Below are positions 35,864-45,062 of a stretch of 51,222 nt of DNA, piece after piece. Within the stretch, counting starts at the first letter, position 1, and the number at the start of each line of letters is the position of its first letter. Below the pieces are notes generated by a model. The model made no database searches. It saw only the letters and a program-made list of their open reading frames with translations, and was not told where the DNA came from. Source of the stretch: Candidatus Saccharimonadota bacterium (lineage in GTDB: Bacteria; Patescibacteriota; Saccharimonadia; UBA4664); assembly GCA_019352195.1 (NCBI GenBank), contig JACAFG010000006.1, forward strand, positions 1 to 51,222. The letters run 5' to 3'. The position numbers and the translations under genes are program-made.

Positions 35864-36343
35864 ATGGCAACTATTACGACAACCGAACTGCGACAGCAAC
35901 TGGCCGTCGCCGCACGCGAACAAGGTATTCGTTATACCTTATTTCGAAATGCCATTGGCAAGCAGCTGGGCCTTCATACGACTGATTTTGAGGGTTTAGA
36001 TTTAGTGTTTTACCGCGGAGTCGCGACCCCATCTGAACTGTCCCAATACACGGGGCTGAGCTCCGGCTCTACGACAACCATGATCGACCGGCTGGAAAAG
36101 GCTGGCCTCGTTACGCGAACTAATAATCCCCATGACCGGCGCGGTACGCACGTGAGCGTGACTACCTCGGCGCGGATCGCGGTTGGTCCCCTCTTTACCT
36201 CGGCACGCGTCGCCCAAAATGAACTTATTGCCAGCTATTCTAAGGATGAGCTCGTTGTACTCAACGATTACTTCACCCGCTCTGCCGCCATGTTTGAGCA
36301 GGAACGAACCAAAGTCCTCGGCGAAAGCCCGGTCAAGCGCTAA
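35864..36343 (+). CDS. MarR-family transcriptional regulator
   Basis: 159 aa. Winged-helix segment ATPSELSQYTGLSSGSTTTMIDRLEKAGLVTRTNNPHDRRG. Confidence 0.9.
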   Translation: MATITTTELRQQLAVAAREQGIRYTLFRNAIGKQLGLHTTDFEGLDLVFYRGVATPSELSQYTGLSSGSTTTMIDRLEKAGLVTRTNNPHDRRGTHVSVTTSARIAVGPLFTSARVAQNELIASYSKDELVVLNDYFTRSAAMFEQERTKVLGESPVKR

Positions 36344-37146
36344 ACGTCGATATCGCGGCGGCTAAACCAGCCGTAGCCGAGATACGTGGTAATAGTGGCG
36401 ACGAGTGTATAGACCCAGACGCTTTGCAGGCTAATAGCGCCGGAGGTGACCACATCACCCGGGCTGTAATACTTAAATAATGACAGATAACCCAACTTGC
36501 TGAGATTGTTTTCGAGGCTGGCCGCGATGAAGAGTACATACATCACCAGCATGCCGCCACCGACGATAGCGTTCACTTTAGAGCCGCTACTGACGACAGC
36601 CGATACCATAAATGACAGCCCGAGGATGGCCAGACCAAACAAGAACCCGAGCAGTCCAAGGTGCCAGACGTCACCAAAGCTAACGGCGTAGTTGTAGGCG
36701 CGGGCAAACAACCAGGTGGTGAGTTCGGTAACGAGAACAAACTGCAACAGCCCAATAACGGCGGCCGTCCAGCGACTCCAATAAATGGTGCTACGAGAGA
36801 TAGCCTGCGACAGTAAAAATCCAATCGTGCGTTGTTCTATTTCGCGGGCGATGGCTGAAGCCGCCTGACTCATCACGAAGATGATGATCATAAGCGGCCA
36901 GATCAGACCAAAGTGCTTACTGCTCAGAAAGCTCATCAGCGTAGGAGCGACATCGGTAATATTAAAGGCCGAGGCCAGACCTTTGGGGAGTGCCTTGATG
37001 ATTTGGGCGTAGTTCGTGGACTGACTCTGCACGATGGGAAAGGTCTGCATATACAGCCACAAAAAGGCCAGGCCAATGACGTCGTAGGAGAGCCAAAGAC
37101 GACGTGAGCGCTTAATGGCGTGACGCGTTAAGGTAATAAAATTCAT
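36340..37146 (-). CDS. ABC-2-type transporter permease
   Basis: 268 aa, 6 TM helices. ATGA overlap with the upstream ATPase gene. Confidence 0.8.
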   Translation of the reverse strand: MNFITLTRHAIKRSRRLWLSYDVIGLAFLWLYMQTFPIVQSQSTNYAQIIKALPKGLASAFNITDVAPTLMSFLSSKHFGLIWPLMIIIFVMSQAASAIAREIEQRTIGFLLSQAISRSTIYWSRWTAAVIGLLQFVLVTELTTWLFARAYNYAVSFGDVWHLGLLGFLFGLAILGLSFMVSAVVSSGSKVNAIVGGGMLVMYVLFIAASLENNLSKLGYLSLFKYYSPGDVVTSGAISLQSVWVYTLVATITTYLGYGWFSRRDIDV

Positions 37147-38006
37147 GCGTAGAGCTCCGCGAAGGCGTCTTCGAGACTGGCATTCGTGATTTCAATCTGC
37201 GCCACATCATGACCGGCAATGACGGCGAGAACCGGGTTGATATCTCGGACCGCGTAGGTGACGGTACTACCGGACGTAACTAAATTGCTCGGCTTGAGAT
37301 GGGCAAAGCTGGGCGGTCGTCCCGTAAACGTGACTTTAACCTGGTGCAAACCAGCCGAGCGCAGGCTCGCGACCGTCGTGTCTTTGATGAGTTTACCGGC
37401 GCGAATAATGGCCACGTCGGTACATAGCGCTTCCACCTCGGCGAGATCGTGCGATGAGATGAGCACGGTGCCGCCACCTGACTGATAGGTTTTAAGTAGC
37501 TTATGGAAAGTCGCGCGTAATAAGGGGTCCAACCCTCTTGTCGGTTCATCGAGTAGTAATAATTCTGGTTCTTGAACGAGCGCTAAGATAATGGATAATT
37601 TCTGACGATTGCCGGTCGACAACTGCCCCACCCGCTTACTGCCATCAAGCTCGAGGGTTTGTTTGAGCGAATTAATTTTAGCTTGGTCGAGCGGTTTGAA
37701 CCGGCCGACAAATTTGATGTGGTCATCGCCCGTCCAATCTGGGTATAAATTGGGCTCCGATGGAACGTAGCTAGTGAACTCCTTGACCGCCGTGGCGTCA
37801 GTCCAGGCGTCGAGACCTTTGATGCTCACCGTGCCACTGGTTGGTTTATCGAAGCCCATAATAGCGCGCATGGTGGTAGATTTACCAGCTCCGTTTGGTC
37901 CTAAAAAGCCAAAAATGTCACCTTTGGCCACGGTAAACGACAATTCATCGACCGCGGTTGTCTTGCCATACTTTTTGGAGAGCTCATTAATCACAAGCGT
38001 ATTCAT
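37143..38006 (-). CDS. ABC transporter ATP-binding protein, DrrA/ABC-2 subfamily
   Basis: Start at Met30 of the track ORF. Walker A GFLGPNGAGKSTT, signature LSTGNRQK, Walker B LLLLDEP. Confidence 0.92.
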   Translation of the reverse strand: MNTLVINELSKKYGKTTAVDELSFTVAKGDIFGFLGPNGAGKSTTMRAIMGFDKPTSGTVSIKGLDAWTDATAVKEFTSYVPSEPNLYPDWTGDDHIKFVGRFKPLDQAKINSLKQTLELDGSKRVGQLSTGNRQKLSIILALVQEPELLLLDEPTRGLDPLLRATFHKLLKTYQSGGGTVLISSHDLAEVEALCTDVAIIRAGKLIKDTTVASLRSAGLHQVKVTFTGRPPSFAHLKPSNLVTSGSTVTYAVRDINPVLAVIAGHDVAQIEITNASLEDAFAELYA

Positions 38007-38290
38007 GGTTGAAGTATACCCTGGTTCGATAATTTTGGCAGCGATGAAGCTTGCTTGGTCACGGTATAGGCCGGGACTTAAAGTTACGCGCACGAGCTGA
38101 AGGGCCGGCAGATTGTGGTACGAAACTAAAAGCGACCCGAAGGCTGCTTATAGTACTGTTGGGACCGCCGGTAACAGTCGGCATGCGGCTGGTGAGCGTG
38201 ATGAGTGATTGTCTGCAGCATACGGGGCAGGTGGAGTATATTAAGGGGCTGACCAGCTGATCGACTCTAGACCATTAGAATTATATTAAG

Positions 38291-38322
38291 CAATAATTAC
38301 TACTTGTTGACAATAATTACTA
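38291..38322 (+). repeat. 12-nt direct repeat CAATAATTACTA x2 (38291-38302, 38311-38322)
   Basis: Read directly. Spaced 20 nt start to start. The second copy overlaps the -35/spacer of the promoter below. Confidence 0.85.
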
Positions 38323-38336
38323 ATATTTGCTATAGT
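38307..38336 (+). promoter_or_regulatory. near-consensus promoter TTGACA-18 nt-TATAGT pointing antisense into the NYN remnant
   Basis: Read directly in an AT-rich spacer. A second TATAAT lies at 38342-38347. Confidence 0.45.
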
Positions 38337-38362
38337 ATTGCTATAATCATGACCGGATAGGC

Positions 38363-38668
38363 TTAAGGTTTCGACCGACCGCCGATGCCGGTCTTTTTGT
38401 ATTCTAGCGATGCCTTAAGTTGGCTAAGCTCTACTACATACTTAGAATATGGCTTCAGGAGTTTTGAGTACTTATTATTTGGCGTAAAAATGTGTAAAAG
38501 CTTGTTTTTGTCTTGCAAGAACTCGATCAGACAGGCAAAATCGCCATCGCCGCTGACGATTATTGCTTGGTCATAATTCGGAAATTCGATTGCAGATGCA
38601 TGCAATACTAGCTCTGCATCGACATTTCCTTTAGTGGTTTCTTTGCCGTTTTCAAAATACCGCCTCAC
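38363..38668 (-). pseudogene. N-terminally truncated NYN/LabA-like domain gene remnant (low G+C)
   Basis: KGNVDAELVLHA...AIIVSGDGDFACLIEFL matches the C-terminal two thirds of NYN (PF01936-like) domains. The N-terminal Asp-containing strand is missing. The frame opens only 4 codons upstream of a GTG, and the remnant lies 12 nt from the uvrA-like stop. Confidence 0.6.
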
Positions 38669-38680
38669 ATTTAAATTTCT

Positions 38681-40921
38681 TTACAAATACTTCGCTATCA
38701 GGGCCGTCTTGCTCTTAACTAACTCTGTGGGCGTGCCTTCAAACATGATTTGGCCGCCGGCGTTGCCACCTTCGGGGCCGAGGTCGATGATGTGGTCGGC
38801 CTGGCGGATGACTGCTTGGTTGTGCTCGATGGTGATGACGGTGTTTTTGTCATCTACGAGCCGATCGATGATGGTGTGGAGGCGGGCGATGTCAGACGGG
38901 TGGAGGCCGGTGGTGGGCTCGTCAAGCACGTAGATGCTGCCTTGTTTGTGGAGCTCGCTGGCAAGCTTGAGACGCTGAGTTTCGCCTCCGGATAGCGTGC
39001 TAAGGGGCTGACCAAGGGTGATGTAACCCAGGCCGACGTCATTGAGGGCGGCTAGTTTTTGGGCGATGTCATTGATATCGAAAAACTCGATGGCGCCGGC
39101 GACGGTGAGGTTTAAGACTTCATCGACGTTTTTGCCGTTGTAGGTGTATTGGAGCACTTCGGCCTTAAAGCGTTTGCCTTCGCAGACGTCGCACGGCAGC
39201 TTGGCGTCGTCGAGGAAGGCCAGGTCCGTGGTAACAAAACCCACCCCTTTGCAGTTTTCGCAGGCCCCTTTGGAGTTGAAGCTAAACAGGCCGGCATCAA
39301 CCTTGTTGGCGGTAGCGAAAGCTTTGCGAATGACGTCCATAATACCGATGTAGGTGGCAGGATTGGAGCGGCTAGAGATACCGACGGGCGATTGGTCGAC
39401 CACAATTGCGTCCGGGTGCTGACGCAGGAAGACTTGGTTAATCAGCGAGCTTTTACCGGAGCCGGCCACGCCCGTGATAACTGTGAAGACGCCGGTCGGA
39501 ATATCGACGTTGATATGACGCAGGTTATTGGCGTGGGCTTCGCGGATTTGAAGCTTACCCGTGGGAGTGCGGACCTCGGTTTTGATGAGAGTTTTGTCAT
39601 TTAAGTGGCGTGCGGTGAGGGTATCTGAAGTGAGGAGTTCGGCATAGGTGCCGGCAAAGACGACTTCCCCACCCGTGGTGCCGGCGCCCGGACCGATGTC
39701 GAAGATATAATCGGCGGCAGCGATGACGTCGGGATCGTGCTCTACCACAATCACCGTATTGCCGGCATCGCGGAGTTTCGCCAGCAGCTCGTTGAGGCGG
39801 TGAACATCACGTGGGTGCAGGCCGACGCTGGGTTCATCAAAAATATACATCACATCAACGAGCGAGCCGTTGAGGTGCTTGACCATTTTGACGCGCTGGG
39901 ATTCGCCGCCTGAGAGCGTGTCGGTGGTGCGGTCCAGGCTGAGATAGCCAAGGCCAATGTCGACGAGATTGGACAGGCGGTCATGGAGGGTAGCGACTAA
40001 GGCTTTAGTGCCCGGGGCTTTGATTGATTTGATCACGTCGAGAAGGGCGTCAATTTGCATAGCCGAGAGCTCCGCAATGTTATGGCCTTCAACTTGGACG
40101 CTAAGCGCCTGTTGGCTGAGGCGGCCGCCGTGGCATAAATTACACGGACCCATGGTAATAAAGGGCGCCATTTGCTTTTGGGTGCGCTCACTCATGGTGG
40201 AGAGGTCGCGCAAAATCCACTTGTTGGTGAAGACGGATTCAAGCCCGGCATAGGTGAGGTTGACGCCGTTGAACTTAACTTTGCGCTCTTTGGCGTGCAA
40301 AAATTCCTCAAATTCGGCCGGGGTGAACTTGTCCAGTGGCTTGGTGATATCGACACCGGCGGCTTTGATGGCGCCAAAGCCCCAGAAGTCGTCTTTGGTG
40401 TAGCCGGGTAATTGGATGGCGCCGTCTTGGATTGACTTGGTCATGTCGAGCGAAAGCTCGCGGTCCATGGCCTTCTTTTGGCCCATGCCGTTACACTCTG
40501 GGCACATGCCGGCCGAATCGTTAAACGAGAATAAGTTGGCGTTGCCAATGCTGGGGGTGCCAACGCGGCTAAACATGAGACGCAAAGCCGGCGCAATATC
40601 GGTGACGGTGCCGACGGTGGAGTGCGATCCCCCGCCCAGTTTCTTTTGGTCGACGATGACCGCCATCGAGAGATTTTTGATGCTGTCGGCCTGAGGCTGC
40701 GTCATACGCGGCAAGAAATTGCGGACAAACATCGAGAAGTTTTCATTAAGCAGACGCTGGGCTTCGGCAGCGATGGTATCAAACACGAGGGACGACTTGC
40801 CCGAGCCCGACACCCCGGTAAAGACGGTGATCTGACGCTTGGGAATGCGTACTGAGACGTTCTTAAGGTTATTTTCGCGGGCGCCGGCGATTTCGATGAA
40901 TTCTTGTGACATAGGTGTCAT
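38681..40921 (-). CDS. UvrA paralogue, short form (class II / DrrC-like, about 746 aa)
   Basis: Two ABC modules (GVSGSGKSSL, GVAGSGKSSL; LSGGESQR, LSGGETQR). Zn-finger Cys pairs CPECNGMG, CNLCHGGR, CENCKG..CDVCEGKRF. About 200 aa shorter than canonical UvrA. Confidence 0.88.
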   Translation of the reverse strand: MTPMSQEFIEIAGARENNLKNVSVRIPKRQITVFTGVSGSGKSSLVFDTIAAEAQRLLNENFSMFVRNFLPRMTQPQADSIKNLSMAVIVDQKKLGGGSHSTVGTVTDIAPALRLMFSRVGTPSIGNANLFSFNDSAGMCPECNGMGQKKAMDRELSLDMTKSIQDGAIQLPGYTKDDFWGFGAIKAAGVDITKPLDKFTPAEFEEFLHAKERKVKFNGVNLTYAGLESVFTNKWILRDLSTMSERTQKQMAPFITMGPCNLCHGGRLSQQALSVQVEGHNIAELSAMQIDALLDVIKSIKAPGTKALVATLHDRLSNLVDIGLGYLSLDRTTDTLSGGESQRVKMVKHLNGSLVDVMYIFDEPSVGLHPRDVHRLNELLAKLRDAGNTVIVVEHDPDVIAAADYIFDIGPGAGTTGGEVVFAGTYAELLTSDTLTARHLNDKTLIKTEVRTPTGKLQIREAHANNLRHINVDIPTGVFTVITGVAGSGKSSLINQVFLRQHPDAIVVDQSPVGISSRSNPATYIGIMDVIRKAFATANKVDAGLFSFNSKGACENCKGVGFVTTDLAFLDDAKLPCDVCEGKRFKAEVLQYTYNGKNVDEVLNLTVAGAIEFFDINDIAQKLAALNDVGLGYITLGQPLSTLSGGETQRLKLASELHKQGSIYVLDEPTTGLHPSDIARLHTIIDRLVDDKNTVITIEHNQAVIRQADHIIDLGPEGGNAGGQIMFEGTPTELVKSKTALIAKYL

Positions 40922-41012
40922 TATACGCGAGTCTAGTCGATGCCGGTCCAGGCGTGATTGAACGGCCTGGGCGCACTGAGGCGTGAGTCACGAGACCCAG
41001 CGCATTATTCGG

Positions 41013-41477
41013 CTAGTTTGGCGATCTCGCGTTGTGCGCGGTCGCTGATATCGGCGGTGCCAGTGGCGAGCCAATCCTTAAGGCTGCCATAGACTCTGGG
41101 TCGATCTCCCCGACTCCAACTATATTTTTTGATGTGGATAGGCTGGGCACCGGGGCGGCTGATTTGGCATACAAGGCGATGACACTGATGAAGAAGATCT
41201 TTCCCATTGGAAAGAGATAGAAATGACGGACCCGCGCTAGGTCGGAGATATTGAGGAAATTGGCATTGTCGAGATGCTCGGTGCCATCGCGCAGGATGCT
41301 CCCGTCAAATGATAACGTCTCTCGGGCAAGGAGGAGCGAATTGGCTAAGCACCCGGTTATAACTACGGTCATAACTATTGCCAGGCCGTAAAGCTTAGTG
41401 GTTAGCGCCATGAGCCCTGGTATGACAAGGGACAACCCAAGTGGCATCGTGTGCTTCGTTGTAATATAGGTAGTCAT
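41013..41477 (-). CDS. hypothetical 2-TM membrane protein
   Basis: 154 aa, lower G+C than its neighbours. Two N-terminal TM helices, then a soluble domain. Confidence 0.5.
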   Translation of the reverse strand: MTTYITTKHTMPLGLSLVIPGLMALTTKLYGLAIVMTVVITGCLANSLLLARETLSFDGSILRDGTEHLDNANFLNISDLARVRHFYLFPMGKIFFISVIALYAKSAAPVPSLSTSKNIVGVGEIDPESMAALRIGSPLAPPISATAHNARSPN

Positions 41478-41651
41478 GCGCTGCGATTCTTGATGAATAA
41501 CTCTTTTGAGGCAGACTGCGCTCTGCCGGGAAATATCTGTCCCGATGATAGCATATCGCTACTGCTCGCTTGGTGCCCGAGCCTTCACCACTCCAGATAT
41601 GGCTCAGGGTTCGCTCAGCGATCTCTCACCTTAAGTATCTAGAATTAGGCT

Positions 41652-42767
41652 ATGTTAAGTCTTTTTTCTCGCAACCCCGGGATGCTCATAGCTACGCCGG
41701 AGCCAAAGCCTCGCCACCGTATCAAGCGGGGGTTCATCATTGTTGGCGTGGTGCTGCTCATTGGGATTATAGGCGTTGGCGGGTGGACGGCTTACAAATT
41801 TGTGACCAATACCAACAAAGTGGCGAGCGGCGGCATTTTGGGGCTGCTTTCGGCCACTAAGCTCAGCGGCGAATCCACCGGGCGCGTCAACATCTTACTA
41901 GCCGGCAACTCGGCGGATGATCCGGGGCACGGGGGTGCCCAGCTGACAGACTCGCTGATGGTCGTGAGCCTTGATACGGCCAATAACACCGCCTACATGC
42001 TGAGTATTCCGCGCGATTTGTGGGTGAATGTACCGGGGCATGGCTACGAGAAAATTAACGCCGTCTACCCACAGGGCGGCATGAGTTTGCTTGAGCAAGT
42101 GGTAAGTGACGATTTGGGCGTCAATATTAATTACTACACGCTCGTAGATTACACGGCCTTTAAGCAAGCGGTGGACGCGGTCGGCGGAATTAGCGTCACG
42201 ATCGCAAGCACCGATGCGCGTGGTATTTATGATCCCAATGTTGGTCTGGATAACAATACCTCGCCGCTGTCGCTAACCAACGGCGTACACGTCCTTAGCG
42301 GCGAGACGGCGCTGGAGCTAGCCCGCGCCCGCAATGATCCCACGCCCAATGGCAATACGGGCTACGGCCTGCCGAACGGCGACTTTGACCGCGCGGCCAA
42401 CCAACGGCTGATGCTGGTGGCGCTTAAAGACAAGGTGGCGAGCGCTTCGACCTTCACTAATCCGGTAAAGATTTCGGAACTACTGGACGCTTTGGGCAGC
42501 AACGTCAAGACCGACTTTACCACCAGTGATTTACGGCGCCTCGTGGAGCTCTCCAAGACCATCCCGAGTACCAGTATTACCTCGGTGAGTCTAACGACGA
42601 CTACGAGCGGTAATTTGCTCGCCAGTTACTCCACCACAGACGGCCAGGACGCCATCATTCCGGCGGCGGGAGTGAACGACTTCTCGGCGATCCAAAGCTA
42701 CATCGCGAATCTTAACGCTGGCACGGCGACAGCCAGTCCATCGCCGGCATCGAAGAGCCAATACTAA
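41652..42767 (+). CDS. LytR-CpsA-Psr (LCP) family cell-envelope phosphotransferase
   Basis: 371 aa. N-terminal TM helix. RVNILLAGNSADD..LTDSLMVVSLD..SIPRDLWV..KINAVY motifs. Confidence 0.9.
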   Translation: MLSLFSRNPGMLIATPEPKPRHRIKRGFIIVGVVLLIGIIGVGGWTAYKFVTNTNKVASGGILGLLSATKLSGESTGRVNILLAGNSADDPGHGGAQLTDSLMVVSLDTANNTAYMLSIPRDLWVNVPGHGYEKINAVYPQGGMSLLEQVVSDDLGVNINYYTLVDYTAFKQAVDAVGGISVTIASTDARGIYDPNVGLDNNTSPLSLTNGVHVLSGETALELARARNDPTPNGNTGYGLPNGDFDRAANQRLMLVALKDKVASASTFTNPVKISELLDALGSNVKTDFTTSDLRRLVELSKTIPSTSITSVSLTTTTSGNLLASYSTTDGQDAIIPAAGVNDFSAIQSYIANLNAGTATASPSPASKSQY

Positions 42768-42784
42768 GTATAGCTAGCGCCTCA

Positions 42785-43387
42785 CTACAGCTTGATATGC
42801 TGGCCGTAATAATACCAAAAGTGATGGAGCGTAAAAGCGGTAACAACGACAAAAAACGTAAGCAGTAGCTCCAGGTTGTACTTCAGGACGAAGGCGTTAA
42901 AGCGGCGGCAACGGGCGTTGGCCAAGATATAGCCTTGCTGGATGTTATAGAGCGTCACGTACCAAGCAACGGTATAAACGGCGACATCGGTGACAAGGCA
43001 ATACGGGCACAGGGCTTTGATCTGGTATAAACTTAGCCAAAATAGCCAAACGGCAAACAGGGCCGAGCCGGTCACGGCTGCTTGCAACGCGAGGTAATGG
43101 CGCCGCTTAAGCGTGGCTCCCGTGGCCGCAATCAGGCCAAACGCGGCCAAAGCCGGAAACATTACCAGCCCCAAAAACGGCGCCGGAACGCCAAACACGT
43201 GTCCAAGCCCGGAGTGGATAACGCTACCGCAGCTAAGCACCGGATTGAGCGTACAGGGAGCCAGATAACCGGGATTAAGCCAGATGTTGACTTGATCGTA
43301 GGTTAAGACAATTGAGGCGACCAAACCCACCAAACTGCTGATCAGGATGACGTAGGGTACGGCGATTTTTAGTGATAATTTACTCAT
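42785..43387 (-). CDS. vitamin K epoxide reductase (VKOR) family membrane protein
   Basis: Start at Met14 of the track ORF. Loop Cys pair CTLNPVLSC and the TM CPYC motif. Confidence 0.85.
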   Translation of the reverse strand: MSKLSLKIAVPYVILISSLVGLVASIVLTYDQVNIWLNPGYLAPCTLNPVLSCGSVIHSGLGHVFGVPAPFLGLVMFPALAAFGLIAATGATLKRRHYLALQAAVTGSALFAVWLFWLSLYQIKALCPYCLVTDVAVYTVAWYVTLYNIQQGYILANARCRRFNAFVLKYNLELLLTFFVVVTAFTLHHFWYYYGQHIKL

Positions 43388-43677
43388 ATTCGGCTCCGAT
43401 ATAACCGCGCCTGGGGTACGGCGCACAGCAGTAAGACAACGGCGAGACCCGGCAAAAAGTACGGTACAAACTGGGTGTTAGCGATAGGGTGCTTACTGAA
43501 CAATACCACAGTGGCCAATAGCACCGTGGCAACGAGCAGCAGCGCTGTCACGACGTGAGCACCCGCGAGCACCCAGTCGACCGAGCCAATGTTATCAAGA
43601 CTCTTCACATAAAAAATGTCGGTGTAGCAGACTGCGCGAACGATCCGTCCGAGCGCTGCCAGCATGGCGGTTTGCAT
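43384..43677 (-). CDS. small 3-TM membrane protein translationally coupled to VKOR
   Basis: 97 aa. ATGA overlap with the VKOR start. Confidence 0.55.
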   Translation of the reverse strand: MQTAMLAALGRIVRAVCYTDIFYVKSLDNIGSVDWVLAGAHVVTALLLVATVLLATVVLFSKHPIANTQFVPYFLPGLAVVLLLCAVPQARLYRSRI

Positions 43678-44259
43678 GTAAGTTCCTGTCCTTAAATGCT
43701 AATGCTTAAGGCAAGGCTGGTCTGTGATCTCGATCGTGCAAGTATAGCTGCGACGATGGCGTCAGGCGAGGACAGGCCTGAGTTGCGAAACGCTAGGCTT
43801 GTCCGTAGGATGGGTTTATGCAAACCAAGATTGACTACTCAGCGCTAGCGGCAGACAAAAAAAGCGAGGTCATCATTTTTGGCGTTCTCGAAAGTACTTG
43901 GCAAGACCATTGTGGTGGCCATAATTACGGCAATAGTTGGCTTCAGCTATGCAATGTTAGTATCAACGATCCACGTGTTTCCAAGTAACGACGTCGCCGT
44001 CGGGTTTATGCGGCCCTGGACGGCTATCTGGGGCGTTTCGAAGCGGCACAGCGCCTTGGGAACACCTAAGGTATCGTAGGCGCCAATATCGACCGCCACG
44101 ATCCCGCCAGCTTGAGCTAAGACGTGTGACACCATCGGCTCAATCGCTTCGATGTCACTGGGTAGCACAATGATTAACTTCGGCTCTTCGCCAGGGCGCA
44201 CACTATCTTGTACAGCTCAGCGAATTTTCGTGATTCGAATAGTTTTACTGATGGCGCGT

Positions 44260-44421
44260 TTATTTGAAAAATCTGATACAGAATGCCGTGAATATCAGGA
44301 CTGTACCGATGTTGGCAAGCAAACGCGCCCAAAGTTGGTTGCGGAAGAATAACACGTCCATACCCACAATTACAGCGATCATCAGTAAGAGAAATAGGGT
44401 GACCGTGATATTTTTGTTCAT
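44260..44421 (-). CDS. possible small 2-TM membrane protein (53 aa), below track cutoff
   Basis: Manual translation: MNKNITVTLFLLLMIAVIVGMDVLFFRNQLWARLLANIGTVLIFTAFCIRFFK*. No clear SD. Confidence 0.35.
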   Translation of the reverse strand: MNKNITVTLFLLLMIAVIVGMDVLFFRNQLWARLLANIGTVLIFTAFCIRFFK

Positions 44422-44479
44422 AGCTCGATAGGGGCTTATTATTCCGCTGTTTTCATTGCTATGGGTTTATTGTAAGTAA

Positions 44480-45007
44480 TCACCGCTTGCCGGTGCCAAA
44501 GTCTAAGCGGCGCGAGGCCGGTAGCTGGAGCTCCGTGCGAGTTTGTTGGTCGACTTGTATACCAAGCTGATCTGCGGCTTGGAGGAGCAAGGGTGCCCAC
44601 TGGGCGTAATTTTGGGCATAATCATCCGGTTCAAAACTAAACGTTTGGCCTGTGGAATCGCCCAGAAGCAGAATCATTACGGTAAACTTGCCGATTCGAG
44701 TTTGTCGTAACTTCCGATCTAAGGCTAGTTTATTGAGCTTTGTAATATGTACGTGTTTGGTGCGGAACGGTCCGATTTTGATGCTTGCAGACTGCGAATC
44801 GACAACTAAGACGTGGCTTTTATCCCAAATTACGGCTAGAAGTCCGAGACCTACAAACAAGGCCTCAATGGGTATAAATTGGGCGTAATATTGGTTTACG
44901 AACGGGCCTAACACAAACATGATGAGGCTGACTGAGGCTAGCATGAGGCCAACCATGCCAATTCTTAATTTGGCACGTGACGAAACTTGGGTTACGTCGC
45001 TATTCAT
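44480..45007 (-). CDS. hypothetical 2-TM membrane protein with C-terminal soluble domain
   Basis: 175 aa ORF. TM helices IGMVGLMLASVSLIMFVLGPF and IEALFVGLGLLAVIW. Confidence 0.55.
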   Translation of the reverse strand: MNSDVTQVSSRAKLRIGMVGLMLASVSLIMFVLGPFVNQYYAQFIPIEALFVGLGLLAVIWDKSHVLVVDSQSASIKIGPFRTKHVHITKLNKLALDRKLRQTRIGKFTVMILLLGDSTGQTFSFEPDDYAQNYAQWAPLLLQAADQLGIQVDQQTRTELQLPASRRLDFGTGKR

Positions 45008-45062
45008 GTCGAAAGTATAGCAGAAGCCGGCTATGCTTCACGTATCGAACTATTTATAGCTA

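Noticed and set aside
38007-38260. Possible riboswitch or long structured 5' leader upstream of the ABC ATPase gene, and the 69-aa plus ORF 38051..38260
   Set aside because: I could not recognise any known riboswitch core or a convincing terminator/antiterminator pair. The ORF has no SD and an implausible composition. The alternative upstream start at 38093 for the ATPase would absorb part of the region. Left unexplained rather than called.
9373-44201. Possible TAG reassignment or programmed read-through, given three TAG stops followed by open in-frame sequence (9373, 19030, 43947) plus one inside the GH pseudogene
   Set aside because: TAG is the ordinary stop of many confidently identified genes here (LOG-like, the 415-aa ORF, fba, transketolase C-terminal subunit, rpiB, typA, cyoD) with no plausible extensions. 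Chance open frames and pseudogenisation explain the cases better. They are kept only as low-interest individual findings.
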